Source: Dehalococcoidia bacterium
GTDB lineage: Bacteria; Chloroflexota; Dehalococcoidia; Lucifugimonadales; UBA3495
Length of the DNA: 64,000 nt
Assembly: GCA_030740155.1 (NCBI GenBank)
Contig: JASLXV010000080.1
Coordinates: 32,001-96,000 of the forward strand
Direction of reading: 5' to 3'
The notes beneath the pieces are model-generated. The model searched no databases, was not told the origin of the DNA, and worked only from the letters and a program-made list of their open reading frames with translations. A program made the translations under genes and the position numbers. Of the stretch, positions 1-10,072 are shown one piece after another (the stretch's first letter is position 1; every line of letters starts with the position of its first letter).

Positions 1-138
1 GCACGCCGGGCGCCGGCCGGGTACCTCATCGGCACCGAATAGGGCAGCCCGCAGGCGTGGGTAAGCCCGGCGATGGGCCGGCTCGAAGATCTGATATGAG
101 CCGGGCCGAACTCGGTTGTAGAGGGGACAGTCCCGGTG

Positions 139-921
139 CTACAGGCCTGCCGCTGCCGCCGCCCGCCGCATCTCATTGAGGTACGTAACGCTGGAGGTCT
201 GGAGCAGGGTGCCGACGTTGCTGTGAAAATACTGGACGCCCATATCGAGGAACTTGGGCACCAGAGCGTCGGGGCAGCTTACCCCGGCGATGCGGCCCGC
301 CCCCCGGATGGCCTTGACACCGTTCTCCATCATGGCCTGGACCTCGGGATGGGTCTGCTGGCCGATGTACCCCATCGATTGGGACAGGTCGCCCGAGCCG
401 ATGAAGTACACGTCGACACCCTCCACGGCGAGCAACTCCTCCAGGTTGTCCAGGGCCTCCACCTCTTCCAGCATCAGGCACACCAGGGTGTTGCGGTTGG
501 CCTCCTCGGCGTACTGTGCCGTCGAGCCGGTCAGGCCGTAGCCCGCAGGGCGGCCCCGGCTGAAGATTCCCCGGTGCCCCTGGGGGTGGTACTTAACCGC
601 GTCCACGGCGGCCCGGGCTTCCTCGGCATTGTTGACGTGGGGGACTTGGACCCCCCAGGAGCCCCGGTCCAGAAAGGGCGCGATGATCTCCGGTTTGTTG
701 CCGACCGGCCGCACGATGGGGGCGATTCCGGAAAGCTCGGCGGCCCGGATCAAATCCTCAGAGTTATCCACCGTTATGGAGCCGTGCTCGTTGTCGATCA
801 GAACCCAGTCGAACCCTAGGTAGCCCATCATCTCCACAACCGGAGGGGACGGAAAGGTGATCATGACCCCGAAGACAGCATTGCCGGATTCCAGCTTTGT
901 TTTGAGGGTATTGTCCCGCAT
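139..921 (-). CDS. HpcH/HpaI aldolase family protein
   Basis: Motifs GFDWVLIDNEHG, GVQVPHV, EEVEAL and FIGSGDLS. ATG at 921 follows an AAGGAGG RBS; the upstream in-frame extension in the ORF track is probably not coding. Confidence 0.9.
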   Translation of the reverse strand: MRDNTLKTKLESGNAVFGVMITFPSPPVVEMMGYLGFDWVLIDNEHGSITVDNSEDLIRAAELSGIAPIVRPVGNKPEIIAPFLDRGSWGVQVPHVNNAEEARAAVDAVKYHPQGHRGIFSRGRPAGYGLTGSTAQYAEEANRNTLVCLMLEEVEALDNLEELLAVEGVDVYFIGSGDLSQSMGYIGQQTHPEVQAMMENGVKAIRGAGRIAGVSCPDALVPKFLDMGVQYFHSNVGTLLQTSSVTYLNEMRRAAAAAGL

Positions 922-1213
922 GGCGCCTCCTTGATTCAGCTCCCAGATCTGCTTTCGAGCGGGTGGGTCGTGCCGTAAACCCGGTGAACCAGACACCCGG
1001 CCCGTGAGTATGATACTCCGGTCCGGGAAAATATGCTCCATGCCGTGCCGGCGGTTGAAGGACTGCTGGGCGCGAGCGAGTGAACCAAGCCTCATAACAC
1101 AGCCGCAACCGGTATTTGAGACGTTGATCGGGCATCGATTTTCAGATGTCTCGGCCATACGGTGGGAGAGCGAACGCAGTTGGCCTGGAGGTCAGAGAAG
1201 TGCCCAAAGTCGA

Positions 1214-1242
1214 TTGATTTTCCGGTTTACCGCTGGTAAAAT
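1214..1242 (+). promoter_or_regulatory. Putative sigma70 promoter for the GNAT gene
   Basis: TTGATT (1214-1219), 17-nt spacer, extended -10 TGgTAAAAT (1234-1242). Confidence 0.5.
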
Positions 1243-1315
1243 GATGATTATCTGAAAACGTGATACTAGCCACTCAGGGGTCCGCGGCCTAACTCTTCTC
1301 AATCGGGGGGTAAGG

Positions 1316-1897
1316 ATGTTTCCAGAGGTGACCCTGTCGCCCACTACCCGTGAGGACGTTCAGCGGTTGGCGGATTGGCTAGACGACCCGGAGGTTAACT
1401 CCTCCTGGTACGGCCAAGGTGAAGACGGAGCACCCCTTCACATTGGTTACGCTCCCCGCCAGATTCTCCATACTTCCCAAGCCGAGTGGGACCACGTCTT
1501 CGAAAATGAAGATCGCCAGATATACTCCTTCCACACCTCGGATGGAGCCCACATCGGCGAAGGTCAACTGGTTGTGGAGTGGCCGCTGCTGGAGGCCCAG
1601 GTTTTCATCCTCATCGGCCGCAAAGAATTGTGGCACCACCACTACGGCACCATGGCCCTGATTCATCTGCTGGACCAGGCCTTTCAGGCCCACGGGCTGC
1701 ACCGGGTTTGGGCGGACATTCCGGATTACAATGAACACGCCCTACGGATGTTCCGCCACCTGGGCTTCGTTCTGGAGGGCCACCTGCGCAAGACCCATCG
1801 CAAGGACGGTGAGTGGTACGATTCCTTTGCCATGGGTTTGCTGACCGACGAATACAACCGGCGCCGGTCCCGGCTGATGGGCAGCGCCTCTGCATAG
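1316..1897 (+). CDS. GNAT family N-acetyltransferase (RimJ/RimL-like)
   Basis: C-terminal LHRVWADIPDYNEHALRMFRHLGFVLEGHLRK pattern typical of RimJ/RimL acetyltransferases. Confidence 0.85.
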   Translation: MFPEVTLSPTTREDVQRLADWLDDPEVNSSWYGQGEDGAPLHIGYAPRQILHTSQAEWDHVFENEDRQIYSFHTSDGAHIGEGQLVVEWPLLEAQVFILIGRKELWHHHYGTMALIHLLDQAFQAHGLHRVWADIPDYNEHALRMFRHLGFVLEGHLRKTHRKDGEWYDSFAMGLLTDEYNRRRSRLMGSASA

Positions 1898-2062
1898 AAT
1901 CGAGCCTCCGGGCCCCGGCCCATCCTGGTCCGAGGCCTGGCCCGGTGTGGGGCGTGGCATTGGCTACGGCCCCCTTACCTCCGCTGGGAAAGCTGTACGA
2001 GCGTCAGAAATCTGCACCGCCATGCCCCCTAGTGTTTAGAGTGGGCTTATGAGGAGAGAACG

Positions 2063-2764
2063 ATGCCCGTAATCACCATTAACGGCCCGATTGGCAGCGG
2101 CCCGGTACCCATCGGACAGATAGTCGCCCAGGAGCTGGAACTCAACTTCGTCGACCGGCTGATCTTCAGGGAGGCCGCCAGGCTCGTCGGCAAGCCCATG
2201 GGAGCGCTGATCGACAAAGAGCAGCGTGTGGTCCGGTTCCGCGACCGGCTGGCCAGCTTCTTGCAGACCATGCTGGAGCGATCGGCCATGTCCGGCGTCA
2301 GCGGCGAGCCGTACTTCGGACGCGGGATCGAAAGCCTCCCCTCCGAGGCCTACTCGGAGCTGACCGGAGAGTCCGCGGTGGCGACCCTGAAGGTGGCGGA
2401 CAAGGCATTCATCGAGGCTACCAACACCGTGGTGAAGGACCTGCACCAAAAGGGCAACGTGGTGATCCTGGGCAGAGGAGCCAACGTCATCCTGGCAGAC
2501 ACCCCGGGCGTCATCCACGTGGGCCTGCTGGCTCCCCTGGAAGTCAGGGCGCAGACCTTGATGGAGCGGGAGCATCTGGACCTCGAAGAAGCAAAGGAAT
2601 ATGCGGAAGAGCTGGAGCAGGCCAGGGTGGCCTTCTTCCGGAAGTTTTTCAAGGCGCATCCCAACGACCCGAACCTGTACCACATAATGTTGAACATGGG
2701 CAAGTTGCAGCACCAGACCGCCGCTGAAATCATCGTCCACGCCGCCGGGGACCTGGCGCATTGA
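2063..2764 (+). CDS. Cytidylate kinase-like family protein
   Basis: VITINGPIGSG N-terminus, GNVVILGRGA, YHIMLN; GAGGAG RBS. Confidence 0.85.
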   Translation: MPVITINGPIGSGPVPIGQIVAQELELNFVDRLIFREAARLVGKPMGALIDKEQRVVRFRDRLASFLQTMLERSAMSGVSGEPYFGRGIESLPSEAYSELTGESAVATLKVADKAFIEATNTVVKDLHQKGNVVILGRGANVILADTPGVIHVGLLAPLEVRAQTLMEREHLDLEEAKEYAEELEQARVAFFRKFFKAHPNDPNLYHIMLNMGKLQHQTAAEIIVHAAGDLAH

Positions 2765-2840
2765 GGTCCCTCAGGTGCGCCGGCCGTCACCTGATTATTA
2801 TCTGCCCGTCCCGGTGTAGCCCCCGCGGGCCGGTCTTTCG

Positions 2841-3752
2841 TTGATCCCCTTCGCCGACGCCGACGTTGAGCGCCGTTCCTTTCCCGTGGTCAACGTGGTG
2901 CTCATCGGCCTCAACGCTTTGGTATTCCTCTACGAGTTGCAGCTCGGCGGGCTTGCCTTGCTGGGCGGCGGCGGCGACCTGGACGTCACCGGCTTCTTCC
3001 TCAAATGGGGGTTTATCTCAAATGAGTTGACGCAGGGGGTGGCTTGTACCCATCAGTGGCTGGCCATAAACCCTCTGCGAGTCCAAGAATTCTGCCCGCA
3101 ATTGCCGGCGGAGTTCCTCACAAGCCCCGAAAGCAAGCTGCCCGTGTTTGGCCCGGTCGGCGGCTTCTTTTTGCAAAATATCGACTCGCCCCTTCCCACC
3201 TGGGGCACTCTTGTCTCCTACATGTTCATTCACGGTGGCTTCTTTCACTTTGCCGGTAACATGGCGTTCTTGTGGGTCCTGGGCGATAACATCGAAAACC
3301 GCTTGGGTCACGTAAAATACCTGCTGTTTTTCCTCGTGACCGGCGTCGCCGCCGCCCTGAGCCAGATGGCCATAGACCCCCACTCGCAGTCACCGCTGAT
3401 CGGGGCCAGTGGGGCTGTTTCAGGCGTGGTCGGGGCGTACTTGCTGCTATATCCCTACAATCGCATCAGAGCCCTGGTAATTTTCTACTTCATCACGGTG
3501 GTCGAGGTTCGGGCTCTGATCTTGCTGGGGCTGTGGTCCCTTTGGCAACTGATCCAAGCTCTCTTCTCATTGGGCCTATCGAACGCCGTCAACGTTGCGT
3601 TCTTCGCCCACGTGGGAGGTGTCTTGGCCGGCGTGGTGATCATCGCCGTTTACAAGCTGCTCACCCGCCAGCCCATCTGGCCGTCGCGCCAGCGCGACCA
3701 GCGCCGTCAGCCGTGGGACTACTGGTACCGGGCCGGGCGAGGACCCGACTGA
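2841..3752 (+). CDS. Rhomboid family intramembrane serine protease
   Basis: MFIHGGFFHFAGNM, catalytic GASG and AHVGG, several TM segments; TTG start. Confidence 0.9.
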   Translation: MIPFADADVERRSFPVVNVVLIGLNALVFLYELQLGGLALLGGGGDLDVTGFFLKWGFISNELTQGVACTHQWLAINPLRVQEFCPQLPAEFLTSPESKLPVFGPVGGFFLQNIDSPLPTWGTLVSYMFIHGGFFHFAGNMAFLWVLGDNIENRLGHVKYLLFFLVTGVAAALSQMAIDPHSQSPLIGASGAVSGVVGAYLLLYPYNRIRALVIFYFITVVEVRALILLGLWSLWQLIQALFSLGLSNAVNVAFFAHVGGVLAGVVIIAVYKLLTRQPIWPSRQRDQRRQPWDYWYRAGRGPD

Positions 3753-4045
3753 AGAGTTGCTTCCGGCATTCCCTGATCCGGACCAGAAGGGCCAAACCCT
3801 TCGACGCTGTGCGGCCGCCGGCCCAGTGACTTATCAAGATACCTCCTGTTGCGAGCGTAAACGCTTCCCCCCGCTGCGGCCGGCGTGGCGTCGGCGGCTG
3901 GAACCGGACCATGGCCGGAGACCCCCGGAGATCCAATGAATCCGGCTGGCTTGACGATAAGCATTGGTTGGGGTGTGGGTACCCTGTTCTCCTGTGGGCA
4001 GTTGGCGCAAACTAAACTGTAAACTGTGAACGTGCTGGCGGTGGT

Positions 4046-5565
4046 ATGCCTGAAAGAACCCAAGCCGAATGGGGCCGATTCCTGACCCAACTCCTCGACT
4101 CCCTGCCAGATCCAGCTATGGTTACCGACCTGCAGGGCACCATTGAGTTGGCGAATAACAAGATGCTGCAGATGACGGGCTTGCAGCGAGAGCAAGTCAT
4201 TGGGCAAGAATTCCCCTATCCCTGGCTGATGCGGCCCGGCAAGACGAACGGGAGTGCTCCCGTTGACCGGGCCTGGCAATTCGAGGCTACCACCGGTGTA
4301 GAGGGCGCCGTAACTGACGCCGAGGGCAATCGCCGCAATCTCACCTTCAGCATCACCCCTTTGGGGAGCGATGACGGCCAGCCCGAGCACTTGCTTAGCG
4401 TCGGCCACGACCCCACCCCGCAAGAGAGAGCCGAGGAGGCGTACCAGGCGGAGAAGAGGAACGCGGTGAGCCGGCTCGCTTCCGGAGTGGCCCACGACAT
4501 CAACAACAACCTGGCGGTGATCCTTGGCTACGCTGAATTCCTGCTTGGTAAGTCGGGGAGGCTGGATCGCGGGAGCGGAGCGCCCTGGACGCCATTCAGG
4601 AGCAGGCCCAAGAGTGCGCCGAGACGGTCCGGCGGATCGAACTGTTTGCCCGGCCCGTCCCCCGGGGCACCTTCACCCTCCTCTCAGTGAACGACGTGAT
4701 CCGAGCTGTTGTCGAATTGACCGAACCGCTCCGGATGTTCGACGCCGGCCAAAGTGGGACCGGCATTCGGCTCGAAACTGACCTTCACACGGTACCGCCG
4801 GTCCAGGCGCATCTGGGAGACCTGAGAGAAGCATTGACCAATCTGATCGACAATGCGGTGGCTGCGGTGCCCGATGGGGGTCTGGTCACCTTGCGGTCCA
4901 GGCTTTTCGCCGGAGAGGTGGCCGTGGAGGTGGCGGATAACGGCACCGGGATCGACCCCCAGCATCTCGGGCGTATCTTCGATCCCTTCTTCACCACCAA
5001 GGGCCCGTCTAGCTCCGGTTTGGGTTTGAGCATCGCCTACAATCTGGTGACGCAGCAAGGCGGCACACTGTTGGTGGATAGCGAGTTGGGAAAAGGGACG
5101 ACGTTCACCCTCCGGCTCCCCGCGGCCCAAACCGACCGGTCGCCTGTTTCCAGGGTCAGGGAACCACGGGTGCAGCGACGCTACCTTGAGGTGCTGGTGG
5201 TGGACGATGAGCCGCTGGTGGCCGGAATGCTCCAGACCCTTCTGGAATCCGTCGGCCACCGGGCAGCCATCTGCTTGAGCGGCCTGGAAGCGGTAGATAC
5301 GTTCCAGGCCCACGAATTCGACCTGGCAATTGTCGACCTGGCGATGCCGGAGATTGATGGCTGGGAAGTGTCCAGGCGCATGAATCAGGCTCGCCCCGGT
5401 GTCCCGATCATTGTGGCCACCGGCTGGAATATGCGGGTCGAAGACGGCGAGGAACGCGGCGCCAAAGTCAGCGCGGTGCTCAAGAAGCCCTTTGGCCTGG
5501 ACGAGTTGATCGGTGCGATCGCGACGGTCATCAATCCGTCTCCGGCAGGTGCCTCGCAGCGTTAG
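4046..5565 (+). pseudogene. Hybrid sensor histidine kinase (PAS-HisKA-HATPase-REC) split by a frameshift near 4568 (pseudogene or assembly error)
   Basis: First frame gives PAS plus H-box ASGVAHDINNNL. The next frame continues RERSALDAIQEQAQECAETVRRIELF into N/G1/F/G2 boxes (NLIDNA, DNGTG, FDPFFTTK, GLGL) and a receiver domain (VVDDE, DLAMP, KP). Confidence 0.85.
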
Positions 5566-5890
5566 CCCGCCGCGTTAGATAATTCCGGCCGGAAATGGGC
5601 CGCCGGGGGGGCGTCAGCGGTAGTCCCGTCGCTTCCCAGCAGGCGGCCCCTGGCCCGCTCCCGGCGCGGGTCGACGGAAACCGCCCCCACCGCCGGGTGC
5701 GGATATGGCTGGGCGTGGGGCTGCGCCACGGGCACGGACGAACGCCCATCGGACAGCCCGCCGCGACTGGGCGGCCTCCTCTCCCGGCACTCGTTGCGCC
5801 CCCTCCACTAGCTGATCTCGGATTGTGGTAACATGTTCCGAAGACTCCCTGCCATCGTGCCGGGAGTCACTTTGGCCATGGAGGCAGCGA

Positions 5891-8203
5891 ATGCCGGACT
5901 ATGAACCCAACATGGTCTTATCCACTCAGGAATTCAGGGTGGTGGGCAGCAGTCCCATCCGACCCGATGGCGCCGATAAAGTTACGGGCCGAGCCCGTTT
6001 TGGAATAGATGCCAGCCTTCCCGGAATGCTGCAAGCCAAGATACTTCGTAGCCCCCACGCCCACGCCCGGATAAAGTCCATCGACACCAGCCGGGCCAAG
6101 GCGCTGCCCGGAGTTCACGCGGTAATTACCGCCGCCGATTTCCCCGAGGTCTCGGGCCGGGTGGCGGACTTGGCCGAAGGGTCGATACACAACATGGGGT
6201 TCCTGAGCAGGAACATCATGGCTCGGGAGAAAGCGCTCTACAAAGGTCATGCGATCGCGGCGGTGGCGGCAACCAATCTGCATGTCGCGGCGGAGGCGCT
6301 GGCCCTCATCGACGTGGACTACGAGGTCCTCACGCCGGTCATGAACGCCCAGGAGGCCATGAAAGGCGGGGCGCCCCTCCTGCACGAGCGGCTCGCCAGC
6401 TTGACCAACCCGGCGGTGCGGCCGGGGGGGGTCATGGACGATGACGACCCCAGCGAGGGCTCCAACATCGCCAACCACTTCGAGTTCCGCCTGGGAGACG
6501 TGGCGAAAGGGTTCGCGGAGGCCGACGTTATCGTTCAGCATGAGACCTCCACCTCGGCCGTGCACCAGGGGTACATCGAGCCCCATACCGGCACCGCCAT
6601 GTGGCAATCCGACGGCAGCCTGATCATCTGGTCCAGCACCCAGGGCCACTTCACCGTACGGGAGATGACCGGCCGGCTCCTGGGTATTCCCGCCTCCAAG
6701 ATCAAGGTCATCCCCATGGAGGTCGGAGGCGGGTTCGGCGCCAAGGGCATCATCTACGTGGAGCCGGTGGCGACCGTCCTGGCGCGCCTGACCGGGCGCC
6801 CGGTGAGGGTGACCATGACCCGGACGGAGGTGTTCGAGTCTTCGGGGCCGACCTCCGCCAGCCACATAAAAGTCAAGCTCGGCGCCACCAAAGAAGGGAA
6901 GCTCGTCGCGGCGGAGGCCGAGCTGATATACGAGGCCGGGGCCTTTCCGGGTTCGCCGGCGGTCCCCGGCTGCGTTTGCATGATGTCGGCCTACGATATC
7001 CCCAACGCCCGCCTGGAAGGGTACGACGTGGTGGTGAACACGCCCAAGTCGGCGGCCTACCGGGCCCCCGGTTCTCCGGTCTCCGCCTTCGCCATGGAGA
7101 CCGCCATCGACAAGCTGTGCGAGAAGCTGGGGATGGACCCGCTGGATTTCCGTCTGCTCAACAGCTCCAAGGAAGGAACCCGCCAGGTCACCGGTCCGGT
7201 GTTCCCCCGCATCGGCTTTATCGAAACCCTGCAGGCGGCCAAAGCTCACCCCCACTACTCAGCGCCTCTGGAAGGGCCCAACCGGGGTAGGGGCGTGGCC
7301 AGCGGCTACTGGCGCAACAACACCGGTCCGTCCAGTGTCCTGGTTATCGTCAATTCCGATGGAACCGTTAGCCTGGTGGAGGGCTCTGTCGACCTTAGCG
7401 GCACCAGGACGACCCTGGCGCAACAGCTCGCCGAAGTCCTGGGAATCCAGGTTGAGGATGTAAGGCCCGCGGTGGCGGACACCGATTCCATTGGCTTTAC
7501 TTCCAACAGCGGGGGAAGCGGCGCCACTTTCAAGACTGGGTGGGCCGTGCACCATGCCGGCGAGGACGTGAAACGGCAGATGATCCAGAGGGCCGCGAAG
7601 GTCTGGGAGATCCCGGAGGAAGACGTGGAGTACCGGGATGGCGTCCTCCGGCACAAGTCCGACCCGGAACTGCAACTGACCTTCAAGCAAGTAGCGGGCC
7701 GGCAGAACGGCACCGGCGGTCCCATCACGGGACGGGCCGGCGTCAACCCCGGGGGCGTGGGGCCGGCCCTGGCAACCCACATCGTGGACGTGGAGGTGGA
7801 CCCGGAGACCGGCAAGGTGTCGATCCTCCGCTATACCGCCCTCCAAGATGTTGGCAAGGCGGTCCACCCCGATATCGTCGCCGGACAAATACAGGGGGGA
7901 GCCACCCAGGGCATCGGTTGGGCGCTCAATGAAGAGTATTACTTCAACAATCAGGGCGCCATGATGAACAGCACCTTCCTGGACTATCGGATGCCCACCA
8001 GCTTGGACCTCCCCATGATCGACACGGTCATCGTCGAGGTTGCCAACCCCGGCCATCCCTACGGTGTGCGGGGTGTGGGTGAAGTGCCCATCGTCCCGCC
8101 GATGGCGGCGATATCCAACGCCATCCACCGGGCGGTCGGAGTCCGGATGAACCGATTGCCCATGAGTCCTGGCCGGGTCCTCGAAGCCCTCTGGGAGAAG
8201 TAA
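5891..8203 (+). CDS. Xanthine dehydrogenase family molybdopterin-binding (large) subunit
   Basis: RSPHAHARI, GGGFGAK, AYRAPG, GQIQGG and GVGEVP motifs; ATG at 5891 after GGAGG. Confidence 0.92.
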   Translation: MPDYEPNMVLSTQEFRVVGSSPIRPDGADKVTGRARFGIDASLPGMLQAKILRSPHAHARIKSIDTSRAKALPGVHAVITAADFPEVSGRVADLAEGSIHNMGFLSRNIMAREKALYKGHAIAAVAATNLHVAAEALALIDVDYEVLTPVMNAQEAMKGGAPLLHERLASLTNPAVRPGGVMDDDDPSEGSNIANHFEFRLGDVAKGFAEADVIVQHETSTSAVHQGYIEPHTGTAMWQSDGSLIIWSSTQGHFTVREMTGRLLGIPASKIKVIPMEVGGGFGAKGIIYVEPVATVLARLTGRPVRVTMTRTEVFESSGPTSASHIKVKLGATKEGKLVAAEAELIYEAGAFPGSPAVPGCVCMMSAYDIPNARLEGYDVVVNTPKSAAYRAPGSPVSAFAMETAIDKLCEKLGMDPLDFRLLNSSKEGTRQVTGPVFPRIGFIETLQAAKAHPHYSAPLEGPNRGRGVASGYWRNNTGPSSVLVIVNSDGTVSLVEGSVDLSGTRTTLAQQLAEVLGIQVEDVRPAVADTDSIGFTSNSGGSGATFKTGWAVHHAGEDVKRQMIQRAAKVWEIPEEDVEYRDGVLRHKSDPELQLTFKQVAGRQNGTGGPITGRAGVNPGGVGPALATHIVDVEVDPETGKVSILRYTALQDVGKAVHPDIVAGQIQGGATQGIGWALNEEYYFNNQGAMMNSTFLDYRMPTSLDLPMIDTVIVEVANPGHPYGVRGVGEVPIVPPMAAISNAIHRAVGVRMNRLPMSPGRVLEALWEK

Positions 8204-8234
8204 GGTACCGGCACAACTATATATAGGCGGCCAC

Positions 8235-8510
8235 ATGGCGGAAGTATGGATCCCTCCTCGAATGCAAAGCCTGACCGGAGGGCGAAAGACAGTCCAAATA
8301 GCTGGCGAAACGGTCCGGCAGATAGTCAACAACCTGGAGAAGGAGTTCCCTGGGACCAAGGCCTGGCTCTGCGATGAAGATCTGGACGATCTCATGCTGG
8401 GTATTGCGGTAATTGTCGATGGCGAGAGCAGCCAGTTGGGGTTACTCGAGCCGGTCAAGGAAAGCAGCGAGGTCCATTTCATTCCCGCTCTCGGCGGCGG
8501 AGCGGCGTAA
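8235..8510 (+). CDS. MoaD/ThiS-family ubiquitin-like sulfur carrier
   Basis: 91 aa with beta-grasp pattern GETVRQIVNNLEKEFPG and C-terminal EVHFIPALGGGAA. Confidence 0.85.
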   Translation: MAEVWIPPRMQSLTGGRKTVQIAGETVRQIVNNLEKEFPGTKAWLCDEDLDDLMLGIAVIVDGESSQLGLLEPVKESSEVHFIPALGGGAA

Positions 8511-8580
8511 CTCGGCGGCCGGTGTGCTGTTTCGTAAATTGCTTTCCGCCGCCGATCCTGCGACATTCCCTACCCACCAA

Positions 8581-8647
8581 CGTCTTTCCGGCGAAGGCCG
8601 GAATCCACGGAGGCGCTGGCTGGATCCCGGCCTTCGCCGGGATGACG
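8581..8647. repeat. REP-like palindromic doublet (GTC.TTCCGGCGAAGGCCGGAATCCA family)
   Basis: CGTCTTTCCGGCGAAGGCCGGAATCCA ... TGGATCCCGGCCTTCGCCGGGATGACG as an inverted pair between convergent genes. Confidence 0.85.
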
Positions 8648-8680
8648 GACTGGGTGTCAAGCCAGGTACGAGAAGCCGGG

Positions 8681-9721
8681 TCAGAACTTGAGGGGATCGA
8701 GCTTGATTCTTTGCCCGGTACGGGCCGACTCGATCATGGCCAAGGTCGCTTGCACCACCTTGGCGCCATCCTCGCCCGTGGCCGCCGGCTGCCGGTCCTT
8801 CTCGACAGCCTCCTGAAAGTCTTCCAGCATGGCGACGAAGTTGGGCATCAGATTTCCAGGGTAGGCCTCAGTTTGATTGACCGTGTCGCTGACTATCTCC
8901 ACCTCACCCTGGCGCGCGGCGAATAGTGTCCCCTTGCCGGCGGCGCGGCCACCGGTGCCATAGATCGAGATATCGTTGCGCGGGTCGGGGAGGAGCCGCC
9001 CGGTGCACACGGTGGCTATGGTACCGCCATCGAAGCGGAGCAGCATGGTGACCAGGTGCTCCAAGGGTTGCTGCTCGGTCTGGCCGTCGGTGATGGCGGA
9101 GACCTCGATCGGGTCCTGGGCCAAGAGGAACCGCAGCAGGTCCACCACGTGAACCCCCATGCCCATCATCGGGGAGGCGCCGCCGACCATTTCCGGGTCC
9201 TCCCACCATAGTTGCGCGCCCGTGCGGGCCGCCGGCTCGTCCTGGCCCCGGACCCCACCGCCCCATAACCCTTGGGCCAAACCGATCCGGCCCAAAGCCC
9301 CTTGGGCGATCACGTCGCGCATGAGTTTGTGGGCGGGGTGTTGCCTGAGTTCGAAGCCCAGCCCCAGCTTGACGCCGTTGGTCCGGCACTGGCGCACCAT
9401 GTCCACCGCGTCTTCCAGTGTGGTGGCCATGGGCTTTTCCGTTATCACCTGCTTGCCCGCTTGGGCCGCCAGGAAAGTGTGGCGGGCGTGTAACGAGTTG
9501 GGCGAAACGATGAACACGGCGTCCACCCGGGAGTCCCGGACCATCTCTTCTACAGAATCGTAGGCGGCTTTGGCCCCGTGTTGCTCGGCAAACTGCTCGG
9601 CGCGACCCTGGTCGCGGCTGCACACCGCCACCAGCTCCGCCCCCGGGGTTTCGCCGATGGCAGGAGCGATTCGATTCTCGGAATGGGACCCGGTGCTCAC
9701 TATTGCCCAGCCAATCGCCAC
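8681..9721 (-). CDS. Gfo/Idh/MocA family oxidoreductase
   Basis: VDAVFIVSPNSLH, EKPMA and GVHVVDLLRF motifs; GTG start at 9721 after AAGGAGGAG. Confidence 0.9.
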   Translation of the reverse strand: MAIGWAIVSTGSHSENRIAPAIGETPGAELVAVCSRDQGRAEQFAEQHGAKAAYDSVEEMVRDSRVDAVFIVSPNSLHARHTFLAAQAGKQVITEKPMATTLEDAVDMVRQCRTNGVKLGLGFELRQHPAHKLMRDVIAQGALGRIGLAQGLWGGGVRGQDEPAARTGAQLWWEDPEMVGGASPMMGMGVHVVDLLRFLLAQDPIEVSAITDGQTEQQPLEHLVTMLLRFDGGTIATVCTGRLLPDPRNDISIYGTGGRAAGKGTLFAARQGEVEIVSDTVNQTEAYPGNLMPNFVAMLEDFQEAVEKDRQPAATGEDGAKVVQATLAMIESARTGQRIKLDPLKF

Positions 9722-9989
9722 GTTACTCCTCCTTCGGTTTGGTTTTCGTAGCTTAACATAGGGATGGCCGGAGCGGCAGCCCTCGATCCGCACCTAAACT
9801 GAGTATCATATTCCCGCCCACCCACCCAACATCGTTTGGAGGCGCACGGGGCTTTGCGCCGCGCGCCTCCAAACCCCGACCCAGGGAAGGGCGACCCCCC
9901 AACGAAGCACGATCTATTCGTGGGGCCGCTCTTGGGAGTTGCCGAGAGGCGGCGCCAACCCAGGGAGCGAAGCACTTGGCGACTCGGAA

Positions 9990-10050
9990 TTGACGTCCGG
10001 CCATAATCGGGGTACAGTGGAATATAACCCCCCCCCAGGGGGTAGGGGTA
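9990..10050 (+). promoter_or_regulatory. csoR-copA promoter with CsoR-type G/C-tract operator
   Basis: TTGACG (9990-9995), 17 nt, TACAGT (10013-10018), then ATAACCCCCCCCCAGGGGGTAGGGGTA. C-tract/G-tract pseudo-palindromes are typical of CsoR/RcnR operators. Confidence 0.7.
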
Positions 10051-10072
10051 CAGCGAAATGAGGAACAGCACC

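Noticed and set aside
763..771. Isolated DnaA-box-like TTATCCACC
   Set aside because: A single match inside a coding region is expected by chance.
960..1040. SRP RNA or other ncRNA
   Set aside because: A small hairpin exists, but the SRP core CAGG..GGAA..AGCAG motif is absent.
4555..4590. Programmed ribosomal frameshift in the histidine kinase
   Set aside because: No slippery sequence at the junction.
5566..5890. Moco riboswitch upstream of the molybdoenzyme
   Set aside because: Only a lone GGAAAC is visible; the other conserved elements could not be identified by eye.
5891..8203. Aerobic CO dehydrogenase CoxL
   Set aside because: Lacks the AYxCSFR or AYRGAGR signatures, and no coxM/coxS genes are adjacent.
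8522..8926. ORFs containing VFPAKAGIH or WIPAFAGMT (also 32712-33014)
   Set aside because: These are translations of the palindromic repeats, not proteins.
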